A stretch of DNA of 64,000 nucleotides from the NCBI GenBank assembly GCA_963797095.1, contig CAWCNY010000002.1:1306110-1370109 (forward strand), read 5' to 3'. Position numbers and translations under genes: made by a program. Below, one piece after another: positions 41,390-51,628 of this stretch. The stretch's first letter is position 1; every line of letters begins with the position of its first letter. The notes under the pieces are model-generated. The model was not told the DNA's origin and did no database searches. It worked only from the letters and a program-made list of their open reading frames with translations. This DNA comes from an uncultured Chloroflexia bacterium (GTDB lineage Bacteria > Chloroflexota > Chloroflexia > QHBQ01 > JADMIH01).

Positions 41390-42046
41390 ATGCCCGATCA
41401 ACCCGCAGTTCAGAACTCGCAAATCGCGGTTAGCACTGAACGTACCACCGGTAATGGCATCCATCCAATGTCTCGCGAGGGGCGCAGGCAGGCCACTGTG
41501 CTGTTGTTGGGCGTGATATCAATAGCGACCTTTGCTCTCTGGAGCCTGATCAACATCCTCCTGGATGGTGTTGACGGCATTGAGTGGGTGTCGGGCCTGC
41601 TTATGCTTGCGATATTGCTAATTACTCCCCTTGTGGCCTGGACGCTGCTGGAAGAAGCCCAGGCAACGGTACAGGCAGAGGAAGAAGGGATAACATACAG
41701 TACAATAGGAGGTATCGCCCTACATTATCCCTGGAGCGCAGTTACAGGCTTCGAAGCGAAAGACGGTCGAGGGCGTATCGCCCGCTTCTTTCTGGGCGAT
41801 GATAAGGATGAACCTGCGAACGAGATACCGCCTGGCGCTCCCGACGAAAACGCGGCCGACGAGGAACCCGGCACTCTCCTTGTCGTGGTCAATACAGACC
41901 CCTCGCAACAAATAACCAACCTACTGGTACGCTTCCTGCACAAGCAGTCATATGGGAGCCGCCTCCCAATCCACGGCGGCCTGGAAGCGCGCCAGCTACT
42001 TATAGATGAGATCAACCGGCGGGCAAAAGATATCGATGGACGATAG
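41390..42046 (+). CDS. Hypothetical membrane protein (2 TM helices + soluble domain)
   Basis: Two hydrophobic helices followed by a possible PH-like beta region. Confidence 0.65.
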   Translation: MPDQPAVQNSQIAVSTERTTGNGIHPMSREGRRQATVLLLGVISIATFALWSLINILLDGVDGIEWVSGLLMLAILLITPLVAWTLLEEAQATVQAEEEGITYSTIGGIALHYPWSAVTGFEAKDGRGRIARFFLGDDKDEPANEIPPGAPDENAADEEPGTLLVVVNTDPSQQITNLLVRFLHKQSYGSRLPIHGGLEARQLLIDEINRRAKDIDGR

Positions 42047-42155
42047 ACGATGGATATTGCATACTGCGTATTGCGTACTGCATACTGCATGACCCCGGAT
42101 CCTCCGACTACCGACTACCATCCTTCATTCTTCGTCTTTCGCCAACTAAAACACA

Positions 42156-43847
42156 ATGCAACTACCTGACTATACAGACCCGCAGCCTACGCGGGATCAC
42201 ATCCGTTTTATACCAATCGGCGGCCTCGGAGAAGTGGGCAAGAATATGGCCGTCGTCGAATATGGCGAGGACATCATACTGGTTGACTTCGGCATGGGCT
42301 TCCCTGAGGAAGAGATGTTCGGCGTCGACCTCGTTCTCCCCGATATTAGCTACCTGGAAGGCAAAGAAGATCGCATCCGGGGCATTTGCATTACCCACGG
42401 CCACGAAGACCACATCGGTGGCCTTCCCTGGTTGCTGCCGCAGGTGAACGCGCCTGTCTACGCCACTCGGCTCACAATGGGCTTAATCAAGAACAAGCTA
42501 CGTGAACGCAACATCCTCAATGATGCCACCTTGAACGAGGTGCAAGCGGGCGATGTAGTGGAACTGGGCGCGTTCCGCGTGGAGTTTGTGCATGTTTGCC
42601 ATTCGATCCCCGATGCCTGCCTGCTGGCGATTCATACGCCCCTGGGCACAATCGTGCACACCGGCGATTTCAAGCTGGACCCCACGCCGGTCGACGGTTT
42701 CCTCACCGACTACGAAACCCTGTCCCGGCTGGGCAGGGAGGGCGTGCTTGGTCTGTTTACCGACTGCGTGCACGTTGAAACACCCGGTTACACCCCCTCT
42801 GAGCAGGTGGTTGGCAAGACGCTCAACAACATCGTGGCCGGGGCACATGGCAGGGTGATCATCGCGACCTTTGCATCACTCATATCTCGAGTCCAGCAGA
42901 TCCTTGATATAGCGTTCCGGCACGGGCGCAAAGTAGTGCTGCTTGGCCGCAGCCTTGAGAACAATGTGCGCGTAGCGGTCGAACTGAACTACCTTGAGGT
43001 GCCACCGGGTGTGCTGGTGGACGTGCAAGAGGCCAACAAACTGTACGACAACGAGGTGATCGCTATCTCAACAGGCGCGCAGGGCGAGCCTACCTCGGCC
43101 CTCTCGCGCATCGCCAACGACGACAACCGCAACTGGACCGCCAAACCGGGCGATACATATATCCTATCGGCCACCCCGATCCCCGGCAACGAGACGAGCG
43201 TGGGGCGCGTGATCAACAACCTCTTCGCTAAGGGGGCGGAGGTGATCTATAGCTCCATCGCGCAGGTGCATGTATCGGGGCACGCCAGCCAGGAAGAGCA
43301 CAAACTGATGCTAAATATGCTGCGTCCCCGGTTTGTAGTCCCTATCCACGGCGAGCGCCGCCACCTGACAACGTATTCCAAGCTAGCGCAGTCGGTCGGT
43401 GTGCCGCAGGACAATATTCTGCTGATAGACAACGGCTATGTCGTTGAACTGAATGAAGACGAGTGCTACGTGGCGGGGCGCGTGCCTGCGGGCAATGTGT
43501 TTGTGGACGGCGTAACCGTTGGCGATGTGGGGCAGGTGGTGATCCGAGACCGCCAACTACTAGCCCGCGACGGGGTGCTGCTGGTGGTGGTGACAGTGGA
43601 CAAGGCCACGGGGCAGCTTGTGGCGGGCCCCGATATCGTCACACGAGGCTTCGTATATGCAGCCGAGGCAGGCCCGCTCCTGGACGACACGAAGGAGAAG
43701 GTCAGGACGGCCTTTTTCCACCCGAACGGCGTGGTGTCGCCCGACTGGAACTATATCAACAAGAAGATCCGCGATACGGTTAGTCAGTACCTGTACGAGC
43801 AGACTCGCCGCAGGCCGATGGTGCTGCCTGTTGTTGTAGAAATATAG
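42156..43847 (+). CDS. rnj: Ribonuclease J
   Basis: GGLGEVGKN, THGHEDHIG, HSIPD, HTGDFK, HVSGH, PIHGE. Confidence 0.97.
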   Translation: MQLPDYTDPQPTRDHIRFIPIGGLGEVGKNMAVVEYGEDIILVDFGMGFPEEEMFGVDLVLPDISYLEGKEDRIRGICITHGHEDHIGGLPWLLPQVNAPVYATRLTMGLIKNKLRERNILNDATLNEVQAGDVVELGAFRVEFVHVCHSIPDACLLAIHTPLGTIVHTGDFKLDPTPVDGFLTDYETLSRLGREGVLGLFTDCVHVETPGYTPSEQVVGKTLNNIVAGAHGRVIIATFASLISRVQQILDIAFRHGRKVVLLGRSLENNVRVAVELNYLEVPPGVLVDVQEANKLYDNEVIAISTGAQGEPTSALSRIANDDNRNWTAKPGDTYILSATPIPGNETSVGRVINNLFAKGAEVIYSSIAQVHVSGHASQEEHKLMLNMLRPRFVVPIHGERRHLTTYSKLAQSVGVPQDNILLIDNGYVVELNEDECYVAGRVPAGNVFVDGVTVGDVGQVVIRDRQLLARDGVLLVVVTVDKATGQLVAGPDIVTRGFVYAAEAGPLLDDTKEKVRTAFFHPNGVVSPDWNYINKKIRDTVSQYLYEQTRRRPMVLPVVVEI

Positions 43848-43855
43848 GAGTAGCT

Positions 43856-44323
43856 ATGGCTACGATTGCAAGAGCCGCCGAAATTATTGACGCTTATCCA
43901 CATCTCGCCGACTTTGTTGGCGGCGTGCCTTACGAGGAAGTGTGGGTGGCAGAGCAGAAGCTTGGTGTTACCTTCCCTGAATCGTATAAGGATTTTCTCC
44001 AGAAATACGGGTCGGGCACCTTCGGTGGCAAAGTGACCTTTGGCCTCGGCGTGCCTGAGACCGACCTGCCCAACGTGGTATATGCTACCCTCGACATGCA
44101 GGCGCAGGACGATTGGTTCCCCGCCGACCTCGTCGTGATCACCGACACGGGCGAGGGCGATATCCTTTGCCTGGCGACCACCCGCCAGAGCGAAGAATAC
44201 GAGAACGAATGCCCCGTAGTCCAGTGGATACCTGAGCGCTCGTTTGAGGAGCAGGCGTTCGAGACGGTGCACAAAACCTTCGCTCATTATCTGCTTCGCT
44301 TGGCCCATCTGGCCGTGGAGTAG
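43856..44323 (+). CDS. SMI1/KNR4 (SUKH) family protein
   Basis: AEQKLGVTFPESYKDFLQKYG, ...GDILCL..., TFAHYL pattern. Confidence 0.85.
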   Translation: MATIARAAEIIDAYPHLADFVGGVPYEEVWVAEQKLGVTFPESYKDFLQKYGSGTFGGKVTFGLGVPETDLPNVVYATLDMQAQDDWFPADLVVITDTGEGDILCLATTRQSEEYENECPVVQWIPERSFEEQAFETVHKTFAHYLLRLAHLAVE

Positions 44324-44340
44324 AGTTTGTTGTGGGCAGG

Positions 44341-45324
44341 ATGAAGCGCGGCCGTTTGTTTCTGGTGATCGGCGCGGCCTGTCTGGTGGTGGTCGTGTTG
44401 GTCGCTCGCGTCGCGGGGCCTTCTGCACGCAACCCGGCCAATCCAACCGCAACGCCCGCCATCCTTGCCCTGGCGACGCGTACTACTCTGGTTCCGGCCT
44501 CGTCTCCTGAAGTAACACAACCCGACGGTATTGCTACTATCCCGCCTTCTGCAACGCCATCCGCAATAGCAGACAGCGTGGTTGCGCAGGCAACCCCCAC
44601 TCATGTGGCGGTTGCCTCCTCTACGCCTACGTCTGCTCCAATAATCTCTGGGCCTGCCGCGACACCGCAAATTGCGCTGACCGAAGCCTCTCTCGTGCGT
44701 GTGATCGACGGCGATACAATCGATGTATCAATCGCGGGCCAGACCAAACGTGTTCGCTTCATTGGAGTGGATTCGCCTGAGACGAACGGCGCGCCTATCT
44801 GCTATGGTGCGGAGGCCACCGCTCATGCTCAGCACTTGCTTGATGAAGTGGGCGGAAAGATGTGGCTCGAAAAGGACGTGTCCGAGATCGACAGGTACAG
44901 CAGGCTCCTGCGCTATATCTGGCTTGACCCTGATAGAGGGCGGATGCTGGACGAGTTGATGGTGGAGGATGGCTACGCACAGGTAAGCACCTACCCGCCC
45001 GATGTGAAGTACGTGGACCGCTTCATCGAGGCCGAGCACATCGCAAAGGCCGAGGGACGCGGCTTGTGGGGAGCCTGCGAATACTTCGGCGCGCCCGTGC
45101 CGACTGCAACTTCTCCTCATAAATCGGAACCCGAACCGACCCCCTCAGGTTCTGGTCCCTGGGGCGGTTTACCGTATGACCCAAATGGCCCCGACCGCGA
45201 TTGCTTCGATTTCGCCACCCATGAGGAGGCTCAACGCTTTTTTATCGCGGCAGGTGGTCCCAGCCGAGACCCCCACCGCCTGGATGGCGATCACGACGGT
45301 ATTGCGTGCGAGGCTCTTCCTTGA
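44341..45324 (+). CDS. Membrane-anchored thermonuclease (SNase) with a C-terminal Excalibur-like Ca-binding domain
   Basis: VIDGDTI, RFIGVDSPE, DRYSRLLRY, GLWG; DRDC.DF...DPHRLDGDHDGIACE. Confidence 0.88.
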   Translation: MKRGRLFLVIGAACLVVVVLVARVAGPSARNPANPTATPAILALATRTTLVPASSPEVTQPDGIATIPPSATPSAIADSVVAQATPTHVAVASSTPTSAPIISGPAATPQIALTEASLVRVIDGDTIDVSIAGQTKRVRFIGVDSPETNGAPICYGAEATAHAQHLLDEVGGKMWLEKDVSEIDRYSRLLRYIWLDPDRGRMLDELMVEDGYAQVSTYPPDVKYVDRFIEAEHIAKAEGRGLWGACEYFGAPVPTATSPHKSEPEPTPSGSGPWGGLPYDPNGPDRDCFDFATHEEAQRFFIAAGGPSRDPHRLDGDHDGIACEALP

Positions 45325-45343
45325 CGGTACAGAGCGATTCAGC

Positions 45344-45796
45344 CTAAACGAGCAAGGCTCGCCTGCGGGAAAGAAGGTCGTTTGTCAGCTCGGTCCTCAA
45401 CAGGCTGAGCTTTTCACGTACCACATCATAATCTTGGCCAGATATAACTGTGGCAAGATCATTCTTCTGGAATGCTTGAGTCATTGCTTCTTGTGCATCG
45501 CCGTACTTCTTGCGGGCTGTATGAGACAGATAAATGCCTCCCTCCTTGAAATACCAGTCTCGGAAAGCTTCACTCAAATCCTTGAGATCTTTGTAAGTTA
45601 CATTGGTGGCTCTCGGCCATTGTGGTAATAATTCCATCCTTTGCCACAGGGGCTTATAGACACCAGCCCTTGCCGTGCGTAACTCTTCGTCAACTTTGGC
45701 CCGCATATCAAGTACGCTTTTAAGCAGAGCCGCGAGATAACCTCCTACCCCGCCAAGTAGCGCCGGAAGGAGTATTGTAGTGAAAGTTTGTTCCAT
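45344..45796 (-). CDS. Hypothetical protein with an N-terminal TM helix
   Basis: GGAGG RBS before ATG 45796; 150-aa ORF. Confidence 0.65.
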   Translation of the reverse strand: MEQTFTTILLPALLGGVGGYLAALLKSVLDMRAKVDEELRTARAGVYKPLWQRMELLPQWPRATNVTYKDLKDLSEAFRDWYFKEGGIYLSHTARKKYGDAQEAMTQAFQKNDLATVISGQDYDVVREKLSLLRTELTNDLLSRRRALLV

Positions 45797-46109
45797 AGTC
45801 TGGTCTTGACCTCCCGATTTTTTCTTCGTGTGTGCTTTGTTATTTGTGCAACAATGTGTGCTGTGGCTAATTCTAGCTCGTGCGAGAATCCATTTCATCA
45901 GACGAAAAGATTAATCTACGATCAGTTGTGCCCAGACCCGGAACAACTTCTTTGGTGCCTAGTTTTCCCCAACCCCCACGCCACGTGATATAATATCTGC
46001 ACCCAAACATACGTGCTAATCTACCGCGTACTGCTTACGTCGTATCGCGTATCGCGGAAGCCCAGGAGTAAGCAATACGAACTAAGCAGTACGCGGTATC
46101 GAGGTTCCC

Positions 46110-48782
46110 ATGCCCCAATCCTCAGCAGCCAAGAATACACCATCGAAGCAAACCAAGTCCACTCCGCCTACGTGGTCGAAGATCGAGGGCGGGAAGGCTC
46201 GCGCCGCATCCACCGCGAAGAGCGCACCTGCCCGTTCTGCTTCGCGCACTCCCGCAAAGTCTTCAGCTTCATCTCGTGCAAAAAGCAATCCAAAATCCAA
46301 AATCCAAAATCCAAAATTAGCCGTTCCCTCCCATCTGCGGCCTGAGCTTGTCGCGCTCTCCATGTTCGTGATAGCGGCCCTCTTCATTGTGGGCCTGCTC
46401 ACGTGGTCCAGCGGATCGCACAACATCGTGGGCGTGGTGGGTGGCGTGCTGGCCCGGCTGTTCGGTGCGGCGGCGTGGCTTGTGCCGATTGCGCTAATCG
46501 GTGGCTCGGCGGTGCTGCTGGTGGGGGCGCGTTCCGCGCTTGCCTCTCGCTGGTCATCGCCTGCCGTGCCCGCAGGTATTGCGCTCCTGTTGCTCGGCCT
46601 TATGGGTTTCGTACATCTACTGGTGGATGGACAACCCGCGGCGGAACGCGGCGAGGGTGGAGGCTACGTGGGCCTTGCCATCTCCACATTCCTCTCGGAC
46701 TACCTTACTCCCGTAGGTGCGGGCATAGTGCTTGCCGCCTTTGCCCTGTCCGGGTTTATGCTCGCCTTCGGCTTCTCGATCGGGCAGGTGGTGCGAGGAG
46801 TTGGCCGTCCCACTATGGCAGCGGGCCGGTTGGTTGGGCGGGCCTTGACTAGCTCCAGTGATAGCCTTGCTCGCTTGCTTCGCAACCGCCGATCGGTGCA
46901 GTCGCAGGGTCTCAGACGCGGCCCGGTTCGTATCAACGGTAATGTGCTCCAGGATACCGCTTCGCTCACGCTACTGGACGCCGTTTCCACGGACGCAGTT
47001 GCGCCCCCATTTGACGCGGCAGGCTCTGCGCCGCCTACACTGACCATACTGGGTGAGGATAAGCACACGGCGGGTATTCAGCCTGCGCTTCCGATAGAGC
47101 CTGAGGCCAAGGCCAGGCCTGAGCCTGTGATCAACATCTCCGGCCCCTCAAAGAAAGTCGAGACCGGGCCTCACGAGCCGATCCAGTCGCCTCTTGGCTA
47201 CGTGTGGAACCTCCCTCCTCTCACGTTGCTGCAGAACGTCAGCGAAGTGAAGGTCAGCCAGATCGATATCAAGAATAAGATACGCCTGATCGAAGATGCT
47301 CTTCAGTCGTTCAAGGTGGAAGCGGTGGTGCGCGAGGTGAACACCGGCCCTGCCGTCACGCAGTTTGCCATCGAGCCGGGAGTGGGTGTGCGCGTCAACC
47401 GCATAACGGCCCTCGATAAAGACCTTGCGCTCGCGCTTGCCGCGCCCGATATACGCATAGAGGCACCGATCCCCGGCCAGTCGCGCATCGGCATAGAGGT
47501 GCCCAATGTAGAGCTACAGGTGGTCGGGCTGCGGGCCATTATGGAGGCGGAGAACTTCGCCAAGCATAAGGGCAGGCTCAAGATCGCCATGGGCCGGGAT
47601 ACGCACGGCCAACCCGTGATCACCGACCTCGCCAAGCTGCCGCATATCCTGGTGGCGGGTTCCACCGGCAGCGGTAAATCGGTCTTCCTCAACTCGATGG
47701 TGATCGGGTTCCTGATGCAGTTCACGCCCGACGACCTCCGCATGTTGATGATCGACCCCAAGCGAGTGGAGCTAACGCCGTTCAATGGGATACCGCATCT
47801 GCTCCGTCCGGTGGTCACCGATATTCGGCTCGACAAAGAGGACAAGGATGCTAAAGGGCGGAATCAGAAGGCTGAAGTCCGAAATGAACGCGAGCGGCCA
47901 ATGACCGCCGTCGAAGCCCTCAAGTGGGCTTTGTGGGAAATGGAGCGCCGTTACAAGCTCTTCGCGAGGGGGGCGCGCGACCGCGACGGCATGAGCCGCA
48001 TCTTCCGCAATATCGAGCAGTACCGCGATTTCATGCGCGACAACCCCGAAGCGAGCATGGAGTATCTACCCTACATTGTGATCATCATAGACGAGTTGGC
48101 GGACCTGATGCTCACGGCTCCTGAGGAAGTGGAGACTTCTCTGTGCCGCCTTGCGCAGTTGGCGCGGGCCACGGGCGTCCACCTGGTGGTGGCTACGCAA
48201 CGCCCGTCGGTGGACGTGGTCACCGGATTGATCAAGGCGAACTTCCCGGCGCGTATCGCCTTTGCCGTTACATCGCAGGTGGATAGCAAAGTGATCCTCG
48301 ACGGCGCGGGCGCTGAAAAGTTGCTTGGCCGTGGGGATATGCTCTACACCGCCTCGGACGAGAGCAGGCCGGTGCGCATCCAGGGTACGTTCGTGTCCGA
48401 CAGGGAGGAATCGCAGAAGGTGGTCGATTTCTGGCGCAGGCAACTCCCCTCGGATGAAGATATGGAGGCAACAGGGATCGGGTCCACTCTCCAACCGATG
48501 CAAGTGCCTGACTGGCTTGGCAAAGGCAATCCCGACGAGGAGAGCGAATTGCTGGAGCAGGCGATAGAACTGGTCAAGCGCAACAGCTACGTATCGACAT
48601 CTATGCTGCAGCGTAAGCTTCGAGTCGGGTACAATAGGGCCGCACGTTTGATCGAGCAGATGGAGGAGATGGGCATGATCTCGCCCGCCGATGCCGACAA
48701 CAGGGGCCGGCCACGCGAGGTGTTGCTCGGCGCACCCGATGATAGACTTCACCCGCAGACTTTTGAGGAGGTGGAAGAGTAG
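46110..48782 (+). CDS. ftsK: DNA translocase FtsK/SpoIIIE
   Basis: N-terminal TM helices, GSTGSGKS, IDPKRVEL, IIDELADLM, ATQRPS, GAEKLLGRGDML, gamma domain LQRKLRVGYNRAARL. Confidence 0.97.
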   Translation: MPQSSAAKNTPSKQTKSTPPTWSKIEGGKARAASTAKSAPARSASRTPAKSSASSRAKSNPKSKIQNPKLAVPSHLRPELVALSMFVIAALFIVGLLTWSSGSHNIVGVVGGVLARLFGAAAWLVPIALIGGSAVLLVGARSALASRWSSPAVPAGIALLLLGLMGFVHLLVDGQPAAERGEGGGYVGLAISTFLSDYLTPVGAGIVLAAFALSGFMLAFGFSIGQVVRGVGRPTMAAGRLVGRALTSSSDSLARLLRNRRSVQSQGLRRGPVRINGNVLQDTASLTLLDAVSTDAVAPPFDAAGSAPPTLTILGEDKHTAGIQPALPIEPEAKARPEPVINISGPSKKVETGPHEPIQSPLGYVWNLPPLTLLQNVSEVKVSQIDIKNKIRLIEDALQSFKVEAVVREVNTGPAVTQFAIEPGVGVRVNRITALDKDLALALAAPDIRIEAPIPGQSRIGIEVPNVELQVVGLRAIMEAENFAKHKGRLKIAMGRDTHGQPVITDLAKLPHILVAGSTGSGKSVFLNSMVIGFLMQFTPDDLRMLMIDPKRVELTPFNGIPHLLRPVVTDIRLDKEDKDAKGRNQKAEVRNERERPMTAVEALKWALWEMERRYKLFARGARDRDGMSRIFRNIEQYRDFMRDNPEASMEYLPYIVIIIDELADLMLTAPEEVETSLCRLAQLARATGVHLVVATQRPSVDVVTGLIKANFPARIAFAVTSQVDSKVILDGAGAEKLLGRGDMLYTASDESRPVRIQGTFVSDREESQKVVDFWRRQLPSDEDMEATGIGSTLQPMQVPDWLGKGNPDEESELLEQAIELVKRNSYVSTSMLQRKLRVGYNRAARLIEQMEEMGMISPADADNRGRPREVLLGAPDDRLHPQTFEEVEE

Positions 48783-48850
48783 AGGAGGACGGAAGACGGA
48801 AGATGACGAGTGACGAAGGATGGTGAGTACGGAGTGGTGGGTAGCGTAGC

Positions 48851-49279
48851 ATGAGGAAGATGCTTGTTCTCCTGGTCTTGCTGTTTGTTGCGTTAGGTGG
48901 GGCTGCCTGTAGCGTCAGTACCGCTAATATTAAGAGCGCCAAGCTTGGGACCGGGTACGATAGCACCAACCAGCAGGTTACGGGTGCTACGGATACTTTT
49001 AGCCCGACCGATGTGTTTCATTGCGTGATCGAGGTGGCGAACGCACCTGAAGACACTACCGTGCACACCGTCTGGACCGCTGTGGACGCCACCGATGGCG
49101 GTGGGAATAAGCACACCGACGAGAAGCTCGATGAGGCTACCTATATCACCAAGGATATAGGCAGCGTAATTGATGCCACGCTAACTCTCCGCGATCTTTG
49201 GCCTGTCGGTAAGTATAAGATAGACATTTACCTGAACGATAAGCTCGACCGAACGCTGGAATTTGAGGTGGCGGAGTAG
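48851..49279 (+). CDS. Putative lipoprotein, Ig-like fold
   Basis: Lipobox-like GAAC after a hydrophobic stretch; WPVGKYKIDIYLN. Confidence 0.75.
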   Translation: MRKMLVLLVLLFVALGGAACSVSTANIKSAKLGTGYDSTNQQVTGATDTFSPTDVFHCVIEVANAPEDTTVHTVWTAVDATDGGGNKHTDEKLDEATYITKDIGSVIDATLTLRDLWPVGKYKIDIYLNDKLDRTLEFEVAE

Positions 49280-49403
49280 ATAGAGGACAATGGTGGACGA
49301 TAGCTAGGCTGATAGGTGATAATGGTCCCTGAGTTTGACCGTACCATTCTTGTACCCTGTCACCCTTCGTCGCTCGTCTACAGCCCATCACCCATCGTCC
49401 ACA

Positions 49404-50054
49404 ATGACCGACCTTATTCCCGGCCTGATTGCCTGGGCGACCGATGTGATACGCACCATCGGTTACCCAGGTATTGCTTTTCTCATCGCGCTGGAGGCGG
49501 TCTTCCCGCTTGTCCCGTCCGAGGTGATCCTGCCCCTCAGTGGCAGCCTCAGCGCTTCGGGCGACTTCTTCTTCCCGGCTGCGCTGGCTGCCGCCACGCT
49601 TGGCTCTATGGCGGGGGCGAGTGTGCTTTACGGGATTGGGAGGTTGGGTGGCGAGCAGCGCATCGGCGATTGGCTCGACCGTTACGGCAAGTTCTTATTG
49701 CTGGGCCGCGATGACCTGTATAAATCGCGTGATTGGTTTGGAAAGCATGGCACATACGCCGTGCTGGTGGCCCGCATCATACCGGGGATGCGGACTATAG
49801 TATCGATCCCCGCCGGGCTGGCGTTGATGCCCTATCTACGCTTCGTGGTACTGACAGGTATAGGTAGCGCCCTGTGGAACGGCACCCTGATCGGCGCTGG
49901 CTACTATCTAGGCAAGAACTGGGACCAGGTGAAGGATTGGATAGCCCCATTTGGGCCTATTGTATATGGCATTATTTTCCTGCTGATCGCCGTGTTCGTT
50001 ACGCGCCGCCTGTGGGCGAAGTTTGGACCACCGTCGCACAGCAACGCTTCCTGA
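49404..50054 (+). CDS. DedA family membrane protein
   Basis: LEAVFPLVPSEVILP, ARIIPGMRT..SIPAG. Confidence 0.92.
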   Translation: MTDLIPGLIAWATDVIRTIGYPGIAFLIALEAVFPLVPSEVILPLSGSLSASGDFFFPAALAAATLGSMAGASVLYGIGRLGGEQRIGDWLDRYGKFLLLGRDDLYKSRDWFGKHGTYAVLVARIIPGMRTIVSIPAGLALMPYLRFVVLTGIGSALWNGTLIGAGYYLGKNWDQVKDWIAPFGPIVYGIIFLLIAVFVTRRLWAKFGPPSHSNAS

Positions 50055-50137
50055 GAAAATCTATTGCGCGCCTGGACTCCCTGTGTTATGCTAGCACCAG
50101 TAACGCGTACAATCACCCTAACGGAGGATACCTGCGA

Positions 50138-50362
50138 ATGTTGAGCGAACTCACCCGCGCCATTTACGATAACGCAGCCCTTGACTGGGCCACCGCCGAA
50201 AAAGTGGTCTATGCCATGCTGGTGTATATGGAGCAGAAACTTCCGCATGAAGACTACCTCAAGTTCAAACGCTATATGTTCGGCGACCTGGAATACAAAC
50301 TCCCCGACCGCTCCGCCTACCCTGGCTACGCCGCTGAAATCCCCGACCAGGCGCGGGGCTGA
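50138..50362 (+). CDS. Small hypothetical protein
   Basis: GGAGG RBS; 74-aa helical ORF. Confidence 0.6.
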   Translation: MLSELTRAIYDNAALDWATAEKVVYAMLVYMEQKLPHEDYLKFKRYMFGDLEYKLPDRSAYPGYAAEIPDQARG

Positions 50363-50422
50363 CCTTTAGCGGATATTGGATCGCAGGGTGCATGTCTGCA
50401 ATCCATAGTCCAGGGTCGCGAT

Positions 50423-51583
50423 ATGAACTCCGGCGCTATTAGAATTGCGAGCATAGGCGGCATTGCGATCAAGCTCCACTGGAGCTGGTTGATCATTGTG
50501 CTGTTGCTGACCTACACGCTGGCCGTCGGCCAGTTCCCCGCCCTTGTGCCCGGCGAGTCGGGTGTATTCTACTGGGTTGTAGGGGCGATTGCTTCCGTCT
50601 TATTCTTCCTTTCGGTGCTCCTGCATGAGCTGAGTCACTCGTTCACAGCCCGCGCTCTGGGCTATAAAGTGAACGAGATCGTGTTGTTCATATTTGGTGG
50701 GGTATCCAATATCGAGCAAGAGCCTAAGAAGGCGCGCGACGAGTTTTTGATCGCGGTAGTCGGGCCCTTTACCAGTTTCTTGCTGGGCGGGATATTCTAT
50801 TTGCTTTTGCAGTTTGTGTCACCACCCATCCGCACAGCCGGGGCTGGGGCGGCTGCTATCTTCGAATACCTGGCCTTTATCAATATACTGCTAGGGATAT
50901 TCAACATGATCCCCGGCTTCCCCCTTGACGGTGGGCGCGTGCTGCGCTCGATAATATGGGGCTTCAACCACAACTTCGGGGCAGCTACTCGCATATCAGG
51001 CATCATCGGCCAGATCGTGGCCTACCTGTTTATTGGCTACGGCTTATTTGTGACTTTCTACCTGGGAGATTTCAGCGGCCTGTGGACGGCGTTCATAGGG
51101 TGGTTCCTGCTGAACGCTGCCCAGTCGAGCGTGTCGAGCGTCGCAATGCGCGAGACTTTCCGGGGCATGTATGTGTATAACTTGATGGAGCCGCCTCCGC
51201 CCTCTATCAGGCCCACATCTACACTTGCCCATCTGCTGAGCGGATTCATACTGCCTTATAATTTGCGGGCTGTGCCTGTGGTCGATGCTGAGAATAAGCT
51301 GGTGGGCATCATCACTCTTGGCGATATAAAGGAAGTGCCGCAGGACCAGTGGGGCACTGTGACTGTGGGCGAATACATGACAGGTGGCGAGAAGCTGCGC
51401 GCGGTCTTTCCCAACGATGGGCTTGACCACGCCCTGGCTCTACTGAGTGAAAACCAGTTCGACCAACTCCCGGTCGTAGATCATGAAGGCCATCTGGTAG
51501 GTATATTGAGCCGCGCCCGCATTATCCGCTGGCTACAGGTCAGGGACGAGCTGAAACAAGCACAAGCCCAGGCGCGAACGTGA
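50423..51583 (+). CDS. Site-2 protease (M50) with a CBS pair
   Basis: HELSH, NMIPGFPLDGG, two CBS domains. Confidence 0.94.
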   Translation: MNSGAIRIASIGGIAIKLHWSWLIIVLLLTYTLAVGQFPALVPGESGVFYWVVGAIASVLFFLSVLLHELSHSFTARALGYKVNEIVLFIFGGVSNIEQEPKKARDEFLIAVVGPFTSFLLGGIFYLLLQFVSPPIRTAGAGAAAIFEYLAFINILLGIFNMIPGFPLDGGRVLRSIIWGFNHNFGAATRISGIIGQIVAYLFIGYGLFVTFYLGDFSGLWTAFIGWFLLNAAQSSVSSVAMRETFRGMYVYNLMEPPPPSIRPTSTLAHLLSGFILPYNLRAVPVVDAENKLVGIITLGDIKEVPQDQWGTVTVGEYMTGGEKLRAVFPNDGLDHALALLSENQFDQLPVVDHEGHLVGILSRARIIRWLQVRDELKQAQAQART

Positions 51584-51628
51584 TAGGTTCTGACGAGTGA
51601 CAAGTGACGAGTAAATAAGCCGTACTCG

